A stretch of 41,617 nucleotides of DNA from Campylobacterota bacterium (GCA_034658615.1 JAYEFI010000050.1:5377-46993), one strand, 5' to 3'. Counted from the stretch's first letter, positions 9,291 through 18,771 are shown. Made by a program: numbers and translations. The notes: generated by a model not told the origin, from the sequence alone.

Positions 9291-10132
9291 TTGCTAGAGG
9301 AAAAGAACTTTTTATTGCGTTGATAATCTATGTGGTAACGATGACTGTTTTGCTCATGGCAGTGTATCGTTTTTTAGAAAATTGGCATTTAAGTGAATTT
9401 AACTTTTTTATAGCAGGTGCTTTGGTTCTTTTGGTAGCAGTTGGGTGGGGATATATGTTAACCTCACTTATTTTTGCACCTAAAAAGAAGATGGAAAATA
9501 CGTTAACGGAATTAAGTAAAAATATTATACATGAGCTCAATATACCTCTAGCAACCATCCACGCAAATAGTGCAATGTTGAAAAAATCATTAACAGATGA
9601 AAAGTCACTTAAACGCGTAGAACGTATAGAAGATGCTTCTGTTCGGTTAGCTAGACTGTATGATGAGTTGGTATATACCATTAAAAAAGAAATACACCCT
9701 ATAGAAAAAGAGTCTTTTGATGTGGGTAGCATTGTTGAGGAGCGTGTGGCTATTTTTCAAGAACAAGAGCGTAATGTTTTTGATGTTTCATTTGAATCTT
9801 ATATCATAGAAGTAGACAAGATTGGATTTGAACAGATGTTAGACAATATACTTTCAAATGCGATGAAGTATTCACCTAAAACATCTTGTATAAAAATTGT
9901 TTTAAAAACACATAACTTATGCATAGAAGATGAGGGTACAGGTATGACTACTTCAGAACTTTTACGTATACATGAACGTTATTTTCAAAGTAATGACAAC
10001 AATGAAGGTGAGGGTATTGGACTTGCCCTTGTTAAAACATATTGTGAAAGTGAAAATATAGCCATTGATATAAAGTCAGAAAAAAACATAGGCACGAGGG
10101 TTTGTTTAGATTTAGAATCTGTTCATACTTAA
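9287..10132 (+). CDS. Sensor histidine kinase 1 (two TMs, very short loop)
   Basis: H-box IIHELNIPL, N-box NILSNAMKYS, DEGTG, GIGL; ATGA overlap with RR1. Confidence 0.93.
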   Translation: MIARGKELFIALIIYVVTMTVLLMAVYRFLENWHLSEFNFFIAGALVLLVAVGWGYMLTSLIFAPKKKMENTLTELSKNIIHELNIPLATIHANSAMLKKSLTDEKSLKRVERIEDASVRLARLYDELVYTIKKEIHPIEKESFDVGSIVEERVAIFQEQERNVFDVSFESYIIEVDKIGFEQMLDNILSNAMKYSPKTSCIKIVLKTHNLCIEDEGTGMTTSELLRIHERYFQSNDNNEGEGIGLALVKTYCESENIAIDIKSEKNIGTRVCLDLESVHT

Positions 10133-10153
10133 TTCATATTAGCATATTATGAT
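10122..10153 (+). promoter_or_regulatory. Direct-repeat box TTCATA-N5-TTCATA plus -10 (TATGAT) before cytochrome c
   Basis: TTCATA at 10122 and 10133 (11-bp period); TATGAT at 10148-10153, same geometry as the five TAACA boxes. Confidence 0.6.
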
Positions 10154-10177
10154 GTGATATACATTTAAAGGATTATT

Positions 10178-10597
10178 ATGAAATTAAAAACAACAATAGT
10201 TACACTTGGAACACTCTTTCTTTTTACCCCCGCTAGTTATGCTCAGACATCTGGAGAAGATCTTTTTAAAGCTAAATGTGCAGCATGTCATGTCAACACA
10301 CGTCCCTCAGATATATCTACGTTGGTAGCACCTCCGGCTATGGGTGTGATGAGACATGTGAAGATGACGTACGGCACTAAAGAGGAGGCGGTGAAATTCA
10401 TCACTGAGTATGCACTCAAGCCTGATGAGAGTAAAGCAGTATGTATGCCAGACAAAATTAAACGTTTTGGTCTCATGCCTTCTCAAAAAGGAAATGTTAC
10501 TGAGGCTGAACTTCAAACCATAGCGTCTTGGATGTATGACAATTTTGGTAGTCAAGGTCAAGGAAGAGGTCACGGTCAAAATTGTAAAAATAAATAG
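10178..10597 (+). CDS. Periplasmic monoheme cytochrome c
   Basis: Signal peptide, CAACH heme motif, candidate distal Met in FGLMP; Gly/basic tail. Confidence 0.9.
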   Translation: MKLKTTIVTLGTLFLFTPASYAQTSGEDLFKAKCAACHVNTRPSDISTLVAPPAMGVMRHVKMTYGTKEEAVKFITEYALKPDESKAVCMPDKIKRFGLMPSQKGNVTEAELQTIASWMYDNFGSQGQGRGHGQNCKNK

Positions 10598-10626
10598 ATA
10601 CAAAAATCATAGATGAAAGTAGAGAG

Positions 10627-11295
10627 ATGACAGCCAGTATACTACTCCTTGAGGATGACCAACAGCTAAGCGACACAGTAAAACAGTTCTTGGAGTATAA
10701 AGGGTATGAGGTGTATTGTGCGTATGATGGGCTTCAGGCTGAAGATATTGCGTATGAAAAGCATATAGATTTGATGCTACTTGATGTGAAAGTACCGTAT
10801 CAAAGTGGGTATGATTTTCTCCAAACATTACGTGATAAAGGTGTGCAAACCTCGGCTATCTTCATCACCTCTCTCAACTCAGTAGAAGATGTCACACGTG
10901 GTTTTGACATAGGCTGTGACGACTACATACGCAAACCCTTTGCACTGAAAGAACTACTTGTACGTGTGGAGTCTGTACTCAAACGCCGTTATGATAGCTA
11001 TGATGAAAACATAAATTTAGGTGAAGGGGTGTTTTTTAATACGAAAGAAAACATTTTAACCAAAAATAAAGAGCGTCTACCCATCAAGACAAAAGAGGTA
11101 AAACTCCTTGCACTTTTTTTAGAAAACCCTAACGAGTTGTTACATTATGATAAAATAAATGAACGCTTATGGGAGTACAATGAAGAGCCAAGTGCGGGGT
11201 CTTTACGGGCTTATGTTAAAACGGTGCGTAACTTCTTAGGCAAAGAGAACATAGAAACCATCAAAAATGAGGGATACCGATTTGTTAAAAAGTGA
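10627..11295 (+). CDS. OmpR-family response regulator 2
   Basis: ILLLEDD, LLDVKVP, DDYIRKPF, ETIKNEGYRF. Confidence 0.93.
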   Translation: MTASILLLEDDQQLSDTVKQFLEYKGYEVYCAYDGLQAEDIAYEKHIDLMLLDVKVPYQSGYDFLQTLRDKGVQTSAIFITSLNSVEDVTRGFDIGCDDYIRKPFALKELLVRVESVLKRRYDSYDENINLGEGVFFNTKENILTKNKERLPIKTKEVKLLALFLENPNELLHYDKINERLWEYNEEPSAGSLRAYVKTVRNFLGKENIETIKNEGYRFVKK

Positions 11296-12442
11296 GAAAA
11301 AGAGTCTTATACGTTTTTTACTCATTTACCTAGGTTCTACCTTTCTACTTTTTTCACTTGCTTCATGGATATTTTACACTTCTCAAAAACACTATATATT
11401 TGACCAACAAAGAGATACTCTTCATGTTCAGGCAGGGAAACTGCAACAAGAATTAAGAGTTTTACACAAATCTTTTGGTGTAAAACTTGTCTATCCTACA
11501 CACCCTAGCATAGAGTCAGCTATCTATGACAAGAACAGAGTGTACATCTTTGGTAGTGCAAAAGAGACTGTACTTTTAACCCCACAAGCCTATAGGGAAG
11601 ATGAGGAGAGGTTGTACTATTTTACTAAAGTTGAACCCTATTATTTGGGAGCTGCTTTTATGTTAGTATATAAAGATTTGGATAGACAGCCCATACTTAA
11701 TTTGCAAAAAAGCATCTTGTGGTTTTTGTTAGGTGCGGGACTTTTTTTTACTTTATTAGGTCTATTTTTAGGTAAACTTTTTGTAGCTCCCATGCGTGAG
11801 TCTATGGAGCGTATGAACAATTTCATACAAGACACCACACATGAACTAAACACGCCCATAAGTACCATACTGACGAATATAGAAATGCTTGAAACCTTTG
11901 GAAAATGTGAGAAAAATGATGAGTTACAACGCATTGAAATAGCCTCTAAAACTCTCTCACGTATTTATGATGACTTGACATATCTAAACTTAAACCATAA
12001 CTACCATAGACGCATAGAAAATATTAATGTCTCGGTATTTTTAAAAGAACGTATGTTGTATTTTAAGATGATGGCAGAAAATAAAGGTTTAGACATAGAG
12101 GTTAACATTAAAGACAATGTGATACTCAACATAGATAAAAATGATATTACACGGCTTGTTGACAACCTTATTTCTAATGCTATTAAGTATAATAAACCTA
12201 ATGGACTATTGGCAGTTCAACTTTCAAATGACTCACTAGTAGTAAGTGACACAGGTGTAGGCATAGAAAAAAAAGACCTAGCCAATATCTCTCAACGTTT
12301 TAAAAGAGCCAATACATCAGAAGGTGGTTTTGGCATAGGACTTGACATTGTCAACCAAGTTGTCAACAGTTACGGTTTTAGTTTGAACATAAAGTCAGAA
12401 TGGAATAAAGGAACGGAGGTGTCGGTACAATGGGAAAAATAA
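11267..12442 (+). CDS. Sensor histidine kinase 2 (periplasmic sensor domain)
   Basis: Two TMs, H-box TTHELNTPI, NLISNAIKYN, DTGVG, GFGIGL. Confidence 0.93.
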   Translation: MRDTDLLKSEKKSLIRFLLIYLGSTFLLFSLASWIFYTSQKHYIFDQQRDTLHVQAGKLQQELRVLHKSFGVKLVYPTHPSIESAIYDKNRVYIFGSAKETVLLTPQAYREDEERLYYFTKVEPYYLGAAFMLVYKDLDRQPILNLQKSILWFLLGAGLFFTLLGLFLGKLFVAPMRESMERMNNFIQDTTHELNTPISTILTNIEMLETFGKCEKNDELQRIEIASKTLSRIYDDLTYLNLNHNYHRRIENINVSVFLKERMLYFKMMAENKGLDIEVNIKDNVILNIDKNDITRLVDNLISNAIKYNKPNGLLAVQLSNDSLVVSDTGVGIEKKDLANISQRFKRANTSEGGFGIGLDIVNQVVNSYGFSLNIKSEWNKGTEVSVQWEK

Positions 12443-12783
12443 TCTTTGTATGTTTGTGTCTTTTTATGAGTTTAAAAGCAGAAGAAGCAGATGCACTTCA
12501 ATTTGAAAATAGATGCATTGCCTGTCACACTAAACAACAGATACCTTCAGAACTCATCTATAGACGTTACCTCATGAAGTATAGTACAAAAGAGGCGATG
12601 GCTACTGCTATGCTGTCATACCTAAGAAAACCTAAAAAAGAGTCTTCCATTATGCCTTCGCAGTTTTTTTTGAAGTTTCCTATGAAGCCAAACTTGGGTT
12701 TAGATGAGCTGATGTTGAAAAAAAACATAGAGGCGTACTTGCAATGGTTTGATGTGAAGAAGAAACTTACTTTAGAGAAGTAG
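12430..12783 (+). CDS. Small monoheme cytochrome c
   Basis: Signal peptide, CIACH motif, SSIMP..F..KFPMKP segment resembling the first cytochrome c. Confidence 0.8.
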   Translation: MGKIIFVCLCLFMSLKAEEADALQFENRCIACHTKQQIPSELIYRRYLMKYSTKEAMATAMLSYLRKPKKESSIMPSQFFLKFPMKPNLGLDELMLKKNIEAYLQWFDVKKKLTLEK

Positions 12784-12834
12784 TTTGAGATAAGTAGTGT
12801 TTATGGATACAATGTTAATAAAAAGGGGTATATA

Positions 12835-13416
12835 GTGAAAAAATGGCGTTTAGATTTTAGAATTTGGCATTGGATACATGCAGTAGTTATTTTAGGACTA
12901 CTTGGGACAGTATTTTTACGAAAAACATTTTTAAGCTGGAGAACGAACAGCGAATTACTTACACAAAAACTCTCAGAGATTAATGTAGAAGTGACAGCAG
13001 AACAAGCAAAAGTACTTGCAAAAGCTATACGTGCACCTATGTGGGAGTGGCATATTTTTTTAGGATACGCGTTGGTGGCTTTGGTAGTATGGCGAATCAT
13101 ACTTTTTTTCACTCAAAGTGGTAAACAAAACTATATAAATATAAAAGAGGCGACACTGCATAAAAAGATGGTTAAGCTGGGCTATATAGGTATTTATGTT
13201 GTTCTTTTTTTTATGACTGTGAGTGGATTAACAATCCACTTTTATGAACCTCTTGGTTTGACTAAAGAGACTGCACATGATATAAAAGAGATACATGAAC
13301 TGGTTTTTAATGCTGTGCTTATCTTTGTTCCCTTACACATAGTAGGTATTTTTATTGCTGAGAATAGAGATGAAAGAGGCATCGTATCTGCTATGGTTCA
13401 TGGCAATAAAAAGTAA
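12835..13416 (+). CDS. Di-heme cytochrome b (Ni/Fe-hydrogenase cyt b / cytochrome b561-like)
   Basis: Four TM segments with candidate His ligands: RIWHWIHA, WEWHIFLGY, EIHEL, LHIVG; C-terminal IVSAMVHG. Confidence 0.85.
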   Translation: MKKWRLDFRIWHWIHAVVILGLLGTVFLRKTFLSWRTNSELLTQKLSEINVEVTAEQAKVLAKAIRAPMWEWHIFLGYALVALVVWRIILFFTQSGKQNYINIKEATLHKKMVKLGYIGIYVVLFFMTVSGLTIHFYEPLGLTKETAHDIKEIHELVFNAVLIFVPLHIVGIFIAENRDERGIVSAMVHGNKK

Positions 13417-13493
13417 GAGAATGTACACTTAAATTGATAGTATATACAAGATATAGGAAGTAAATATTTCTGAATAGGTAAAGTATAAAGTAG

Positions 13494-13525
13494 GTAACAA
13501 GGAAGTAACATTCCTCTTATAAACT
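13494..13525 (+). promoter_or_regulatory. GTAACA-N5-GTAACA box plus -10 (TAAACT) before DUF2202 #1
   Basis: GTAACA at 13494 and 13505; TAAACT at 13520-13525. Confidence 0.7.
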
Positions 13526-13550
13526 CTGTTTAAATTTAAAGGAAATCTGA

Positions 13551-14279
13551 ATGAAATTTAGAACAGTACTAACCAGCATACTCGCAACAATAACCTTAAT
13601 AAACGCAAGCACAGTAGAAAATAAATTTACACCTATTATCATAGATGATGGACTAATAATCTTTCTACCTACCCCTAGTGAAAAATCGGATCTACCCTCA
13701 GGTTTATCAGAAGAGTTAGTGAATACTCTGTCGTACATGGGTAATGAAGAGCGACTGGCTTATGATGTTTATAATAGACTCTATAAAGAGTGGGGAATTA
13801 AGACATTTACCAATATTGCGAATAAATCAGAAATAAAACATATAGAAGCAGTACAAGATTTAATTCAAAAGTATAAGCTTAATGATTTAAATCATTTTAC
13901 AAATGTAGATTTACCAGCACTTGGATATATGAATACTGCAGTAGAAGATATGGAAGCAGGTACCTATGATATTTCTAAAATACAAAGACTCTATGATGAT
14001 TTAGTTTCTATGGGGTCTAGGTCTGAAATAGATGCATTGAAGGTGGGGTGTATTGTAGAAGTTGTGGATATTAATGATTTAGATGAATATATTCATCTCG
14101 CGGAAGCTAGCAATGCTTCTGATGTGGTAGATACATTTACTTTTTTACGTAAGGGAAGTTACAATCACTATTGGTCTTTTGATAAAGCACTTAAGCAAAG
14201 AGGTGTAACTGATGGGTGTTGTAAACTAGGTACAATAGATGGTGTAAACTATTGTCATCCTGAGTATCCATCAAAATAG
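13551..14279 (+). CDS. Exported DUF2202 ferritin-like protein #1
   Basis: Signal peptide; EERLAYDVY, NIANKSEIKH, EVVDINDL, GSYNH motifs typical of DUF2202; Cys-rich tail GCC...YCHPEYP. Confidence 0.8.
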   Translation: MKFRTVLTSILATITLINASTVENKFTPIIIDDGLIIFLPTPSEKSDLPSGLSEELVNTLSYMGNEERLAYDVYNRLYKEWGIKTFTNIANKSEIKHIEAVQDLIQKYKLNDLNHFTNVDLPALGYMNTAVEDMEAGTYDISKIQRLYDDLVSMGSRSEIDALKVGCIVEVVDINDLDEYIHLAEASNASDVVDTFTFLRKGSYNHYWSFDKALKQRGVTDGCCKLGTIDGVNYCHPEYPSK

Positions 14280-14297
14280 TAGAGATTCTCTAAAGAA

Positions 14298-14329
14298 GTA
14301 ACAAAGAAATAACAAAAGTTTTATAAAAT
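14298..14329 (+). promoter_or_regulatory. GTAACA-N5-ATAACA box plus -10 (TAAAAT) before DUF2202 #2
   Basis: GTAACA at 14298, ATAACA at 14309; TAAAAT at 14324-14329. Confidence 0.65.
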
Positions 14330-14349
14330 ACTTTATTAAAATTAAGGAC

Positions 14350-15111
14350 ATGAAAATGAAAAAAAGAATATTCAAAAGTGCATTGGCACTTTCAGCATTA
14401 GTATTATTGGTAGCATGTGGAAGCTCAGATGATAAAGAAAATAGTAATTCTGCTGCTAATAGCACAGAATTACCAGACACAGTACAAGTAGCTATTGAGA
14501 GTTCAACGTCTACACTGTCGCAAGAGTTAGCCAATACACTTTCTTATATGGGTAATGAAGAAAGGTTGGCTTATGATGTCTACAACAGACTTTATAGAGA
14601 ATGGGGCACCAAACAGTTTACAAACATAGCCAACAAATCAGAAATCAAACATATTCAGGCGGTACAACAATTGGTACAAAAATATAAGATGAGTGATGAT
14701 GTGAGTTTTACGAATATAGATTTAGAGCCATTAGGATACATGAATACCCCTGTAGAGAATATGCAAGCAGGTACTTATGATATAGCTAAGATACAGAGAC
14801 TGTATGATGATTTAATCGCTGCTGGTGTAGCTTCTGAGATAGAGGCTTTAAAAGTAGGGTGTATTATAGAAGTTGTAGATGTGACAGACTTGGATGAGTA
14901 TATTACATTGGCAGAACAATCTAATGCGAAAGATGTAGTTGATGTATTTAATTATTTACGTGATGGAAGTTATAATCATTATTGGGCATTTGATCAAGGA
15001 CTTAAAAATAAAGGCGTATCAAAAGGTTGTTGTACTTGGGCAGAGTATTGTCACCCCGAATATCCAAAAAATGAAAAAGACGATAAATCTAAAGGAAAGG
15101 GTAAAAAATAG
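14350..15111 (+). CDS. DUF2202 ferritin-like lipoprotein #2
   Basis: Lipobox LVAC; same motifs as #1 with long identical stretches; GCC...YCHPEYP tail. Confidence 0.8.
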   Translation: MKMKKRIFKSALALSALVLLVACGSSDDKENSNSAANSTELPDTVQVAIESSTSTLSQELANTLSYMGNEERLAYDVYNRLYREWGTKQFTNIANKSEIKHIQAVQQLVQKYKMSDDVSFTNIDLEPLGYMNTPVENMQAGTYDIAKIQRLYDDLIAAGVASEIEALKVGCIIEVVDVTDLDEYITLAEQSNAKDVVDVFNYLRDGSYNHYWAFDQGLKNKGVSKGCCTWAEYCHPEYPKNEKDDKSKGKGKK

Positions 15112-15161
15112 ATATGTTTGTGTATAATTTAACCCATTAATGGACCAAAGAAAGGAGCAAC

Positions 15162-15545
15162 ATGTATAAAATAATTATATTTTTTTATCTGGGTTTCTCT
15201 CTTTCTGTATCTGCAGAATCTCTTGTAGTTGGAAGTCAAAAAGAGAGTATTGAAAGTTTGGTTAAACAGGTGAAAACTGCTAAACCTTCTGAAAAACGTG
15301 TTTTAATGAATAAACTTAAAGTACAGTTGCGACAGAGTAATCAGACACATCGCATGCAGATAATGAAAGAAATTAAACAGAGTTTTTCTACTGGCAATAG
15401 GATAGACCAAGGTAAACAAAGACGAAAATATAGATTTGAACCATCACATAGTGGTAAACACCAGCCGAAATACAGACAACGTCAAGGTGGTAATGGAGCT
15501 GGTAAAAAAGGTAGTGGTAGAAATGGTGGAGGTACGCGTCACTAA
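15162..15545 (+). CDS. Exported basic hypothetical protein with Gly-rich tail
   Basis: AAGGAG RBS, signal peptide, helical core, tail QGGNGAGKKGSGRNGGGTRH; TAATG coupling to next gene. Confidence 0.7.
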   Translation: MYKIIIFFYLGFSLSVSAESLVVGSQKESIESLVKQVKTAKPSEKRVLMNKLKVQLRQSNQTHRMQIMKEIKQSFSTGNRIDQGKQRRKYRFEPSHSGKHQPKYRQRQGGNGAGKKGSGRNGGGTRH

Positions 15546-16339
15546 TGAAGTTGATATTGCTTAACTTTCTACTTTTTACTTCTCAGATAGTTGCTACATA
15601 TTATGATAGTGACATTGATGGCATAGAGGATAAATTTGACCAATGTGCCAATACCCCTTTTGATGTGTTGGTAGACCAATTTGGTTGTAATGAAAATGGA
15701 AATGCAGGAAAGCTAATCGTAAAAATAGGTACAGACTTAGGTTTTGATAGTACTACACAGAGTACATCTACGTATAATTTTTTATTGCACTATGAAAAAA
15801 ACAATTGGACTATGGGAGTATCTAACTCAAATTATATTGGATATGACGATATGAATATTAGTTCTAACGAAACAGGTGATATTTACACACATCTAGGCTA
15901 TACCCTAAATCACGATACTTTCTCGAGTGTGTTGGGGATGGGTATGAAAGTGGCAACTGCAAATACTTCTGTAGGAACAGGTGAAAATGACTACTTCATA
16001 AGTACACGGTTTACAACACGTGAACCTCAAAATCCCTATAGACTATTTGGTACCTTTTTATATACATATACAGGAGATACAAGTACTGCAAAATATGAAG
16101 ATATTTTTTCGTATAGTGCAGGAATTGCTTACACTATCAATGATAACTACTATACTTCATTGTATTACGAAAATAGTCAATCTATTTATGAAGATGCTGA
16201 AAACTATGAGGCTTTAGTTTGGTCAAATCATTATACGTATAATGATGATTATTTTGTAGAATTAGATTATATTCGGGGATTAGATACGTATTCTTATACA
16301 CATCTGTTTGCATTTAAAATAGGAGTTGTTTTTGAGTAA
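15545..16339 (+). CDS. Outer-membrane beta-barrel protein with N-terminal thrombospondin-type-3-like Ca-binding/disulfide motif
   Basis: Signal peptide, DSDIDGIEDKFDQCANTP...VDQFGC, Tyr-rich alternating strands, GTGENDY, C-terminal FKIGVVFE. Confidence 0.65.
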   Translation: MKLILLNFLLFTSQIVATYYDSDIDGIEDKFDQCANTPFDVLVDQFGCNENGNAGKLIVKIGTDLGFDSTTQSTSTYNFLLHYEKNNWTMGVSNSNYIGYDDMNISSNETGDIYTHLGYTLNHDTFSSVLGMGMKVATANTSVGTGENDYFISTRFTTREPQNPYRLFGTFLYTYTGDTSTAKYEDIFSYSAGIAYTINDNYYTSLYYENSQSIYEDAENYEALVWSNHYTYNDDYFVELDYIRGLDTYSYTHLFAFKIGVVFE

Positions 16340-16961
16340 AATATTGTTACTAGAAGATAATCCTAGTTTGGCAAAGACATTAGTGAAGTATTTGACTATA
16401 CATGGTTATGAAGTTACATGGACTAAAAATGGTGAAGAGGCATTAGATGAGAGCTATCATACTAAGTATCATTTATATCTTTTTGATATTAATGTGCCAC
16501 TTTTAAATGGTGTTGATCTATTACAATTGCTTAGAGACGCTGAAGACTATACTCCTACTATCATCATTTCTGCATTGATAGATGTGGCTTCAGTTACAGA
16601 AGGTTTTAGAGCAGGTGCTGATGATTATTTAAAAAAACCTTTTGACCCAGAAGAGTTACTTGTGCGTATACAGGCTAAAACAGCAAAACTACAAAAAATC
16701 ATCAAGTGTAAAGGATATGAATTAGATACCAAAACAAAAGAACTTCGTTATGATGATGAACCTATCGAACTAAGTGAAGTTCAGAAAAATATATTTATAG
16801 CATTGATTACACATTATCCTAATCCCGTAACAAAAGATGAAATACTATTACTTTTAGAAAAACCCACTGACATTGCTTTGCGTGTAAACATCTCTAAACT
16901 CAAAAAAAACCTAAATATAGAACTAGAAAATGTACGAGGGGTTGGCTATAAAATTATCTGA
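16326..16961 (+). CDS. OmpR-family response regulator 3 (true start probably TTG at 16332)
   Basis: ILLLEDN, FDINVP, DDYLKKPF, ENVRGVGY; AGGAG at 16321. Confidence 0.92.
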   Translation: MFLSKILLLEDNPSLAKTLVKYLTIHGYEVTWTKNGEEALDESYHTKYHLYLFDINVPLLNGVDLLQLLRDAEDYTPTIIISALIDVASVTEGFRAGADDYLKKPFDPEELLVRIQAKTAKLQKIIKCKGYELDTKTKELRYDDEPIELSEVQKNIFIALITHYPNPVTKDEILLLLEKPTDIALRVNISKLKKNLNIELENVRGVGYKII

Positions 16962-17964
16962 GAAAGAATCTTTTTTTAAAAGCTTTGGGCTATTTTTTAT
17001 AGTGATTGAACTTTTTTTATTTTTTATTTTCTATTATCATTACAAGATAGAAGAAGAGCATTTGAGTGAAGCACTTTTTTTAGAGATGAAAAATTATAGT
17101 TTTGATTTTGAAGATGAACGTTTTGATACCGATATTCTTACAGATAATGATGAGAGACTTTATGAATTTATGCATGATACACAGAGTGTGTATATATTGG
17201 TACCTTTGTTAGGTAGTGCAGAGGATACATTAAAAATTTTCTATCCTCTTCATGCGTATGAGATGTTACTCCTTAAGATACGTGAACTACTTTATTGGCA
17301 ATTTTTTGCTCTTACCTTTATTGCATTTTTAATGGCACTATTATTTTCATATTATTCTCTAAATCCATTACGTAATTCACTACGCCTGCTAGAAGAGTTT
17401 ATAAAAGATATTATCCATGATTTAAATACACCTATCTCAGCTATATTGATTAATCTTAAAATGATGGAAAAGAATGATGAAGTAGAGAGTATAGAATATA
17501 ATACAAAAAGTATAGCCATGTTACATAAAAATTTAGATAGCTATTTACGTGAGATTCCTTTAGTAAAAGAACCTCTCGTTTTAAAAGCAATTGTAGAAGA
17601 ACAGATAGCCTTTTTTAAACCACTTTATGATTATTTGGAATGGCAGATAGATTTAGATGATACTATTATTATGAGTGATAGAAATGCTTTAAGTCGAATT
17701 GTTTATAACCTTATAGGTAATGCCTGTAAATATAACACAAACCAAGGTGTTATTAATATAAAGATAACAGATAATAAATTTATGATTAGTAATAATAGTT
17801 ATGGGGTTAAAAATCCATCTAAGGTGTTTCATCGTTTTTACAAAGAGGGGGAACGAGGCTTAGGTATAGGCTTGCATATAGTAGAAAAACTCTCTTCACA
17901 GCTAGATATAGATAAATCATTTGTCGTTGAAAATAATCAAGTTAAAGTTGCATTGATTTTTTAA
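16930..17964 (+). CDS. Sensor histidine kinase 3
   Basis: Two TMs, H-box IIHDLNTPI, NLIGNACKYN, GLGIGL; start codon uncertain. Confidence 0.92.
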   Translation: MYEGLAIKLSEKESFFKSFGLFFIVIELFLFFIFYYHYKIEEEHLSEALFLEMKNYSFDFEDERFDTDILTDNDERLYEFMHDTQSVYILVPLLGSAEDTLKIFYPLHAYEMLLLKIRELLYWQFFALTFIAFLMALLFSYYSLNPLRNSLRLLEEFIKDIIHDLNTPISAILINLKMMEKNDEVESIEYNTKSIAMLHKNLDSYLREIPLVKEPLVLKAIVEEQIAFFKPLYDYLEWQIDLDDTIIMSDRNALSRIVYNLIGNACKYNTNQGVINIKITDNKFMISNNSYGVKNPSKVFHRFYKEGERGLGIGLHIVEKLSSQLDIDKSFVVENNQVKVALIF

Positions 17965-17983
17965 ATTTTTCTGCTTGTCTAAG

Positions 17984-18015
17984 GTAACAATGAAGTAACA
18001 CTGAGAGTATATAAT
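17984..18015 (+). promoter_or_regulatory. GTAACA-N5-GTAACA box plus -10 (TATAAT) before DUF2202 #3
   Basis: GTAACA at 17984 and 17995; TATAAT at 18010-18015. Confidence 0.72.
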
Positions 18016-18046
18016 TCTTTTACACATACAAATTAAAAGGATTACC

Positions 18047-18688
18047 ATGTTAAAAAAAACGATTACTATCACAGCGATACTTACACTTCTTACTGGAACA
18101 GTGAATGCAAGAGGTATGCAACAGCCGAATGAAAATACTCAGACACAAAAACAAACTAAAAAAAATCATCAAGATAGAAAAAAGAAGCATAATCAAGATA
18201 GAAAAAAGAAGCATAACAAAAATGACTTGATTAATGATATAGTCAGTGGGGATATCACACAAGAACAACGAGCAGATCTAAACTATATGATAGAAGAAGA
18301 GAAATTAGCAAGAGATGTATATACTGCACTATTTAAAACATCAAAAGCTAGAATATTCAAAAATATAGCTGATTCAGAACAAAAACATATGGATGCAATA
18401 GGAAGTCTCTTTATTAAATATGGTATCGAAGTTCCTGTGAGTCTCAATGATGCAGGACATTTTGATAATGAAACTCTTCAAGTGATGTATAATGATTTAG
18501 TGGCACAAGGAAGCTCTTCAGTGCTAGATGCTCTTGAAGTAGGGGTGATTGTAGAAGAGACTGATATATCAGATATTCAGCGTATTCTAGATGCAGGTGT
18601 TCCTAGTGATTTTGCAAGGGTATACACAAATCTTTTAAATGGAAGCTTTAGTCATCTTGATGCTTTTAATAAACAACTTGCAAAATAA
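18047..18688 (+). CDS. Exported DUF2202 ferritin-like protein #3
   Basis: Signal peptide; EEEKLARDVY, NIADSEQKH, EETDISDI, VYTNLLNGSFSHL motifs. Confidence 0.85.
   Translation: MLKKTITITAILTLLTGTVNARGMQQPNENTQTQKQTKKNHQDRKKKHNQDRKKKHNKNDLINDIVSGDITQEQRADLNYMIEEEKLARDVYTALFKTSKARIFKNIADSEQKHMDAIGSLFIKYGIEVPVSLNDAGHFDNETLQVMYNDLVAQGSSSVLDALEVGVIVEETDISDIQRILDAGVPSDFARVYTNLLNGSFSHLDAFNKQLAK
18168..18215 (+). repeat. 24-bp perfect tandem duplication within DUF2202 #3
   Basis: ATCAAGATAGAAAAAAGAAGCATA x2, encoding QDRKKKHN repeats. Confidence 0.9.
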
Positions 18689-18739
18689 ATTATGAGACAT
18701 GTTGACTCATTACTTAATTATGAGGTCTTACCAATAAAT

Positions 18740-18771
18740 TTAACACTAAATTAACACTAGTGAGTAATAAT
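18740..18771 (+). promoter_or_regulatory. TTAACAC-N4-TTAACAC box plus -10 (AATAAT) with no downstream gene
   Basis: TTAACAC at 18740 and 18751; AATAAT at 18766-18771 at the shared spacing. Confidence 0.6.

Noticed and set aside
6166-14534. Minus-strand ORFs such as 6166..6495, 7842..8264, 9328..9732, 10307..10603, 11641..11934, 12801..13112, 14271..14534
   Set aside because: Antisense shadows of well-supported plus-strand genes
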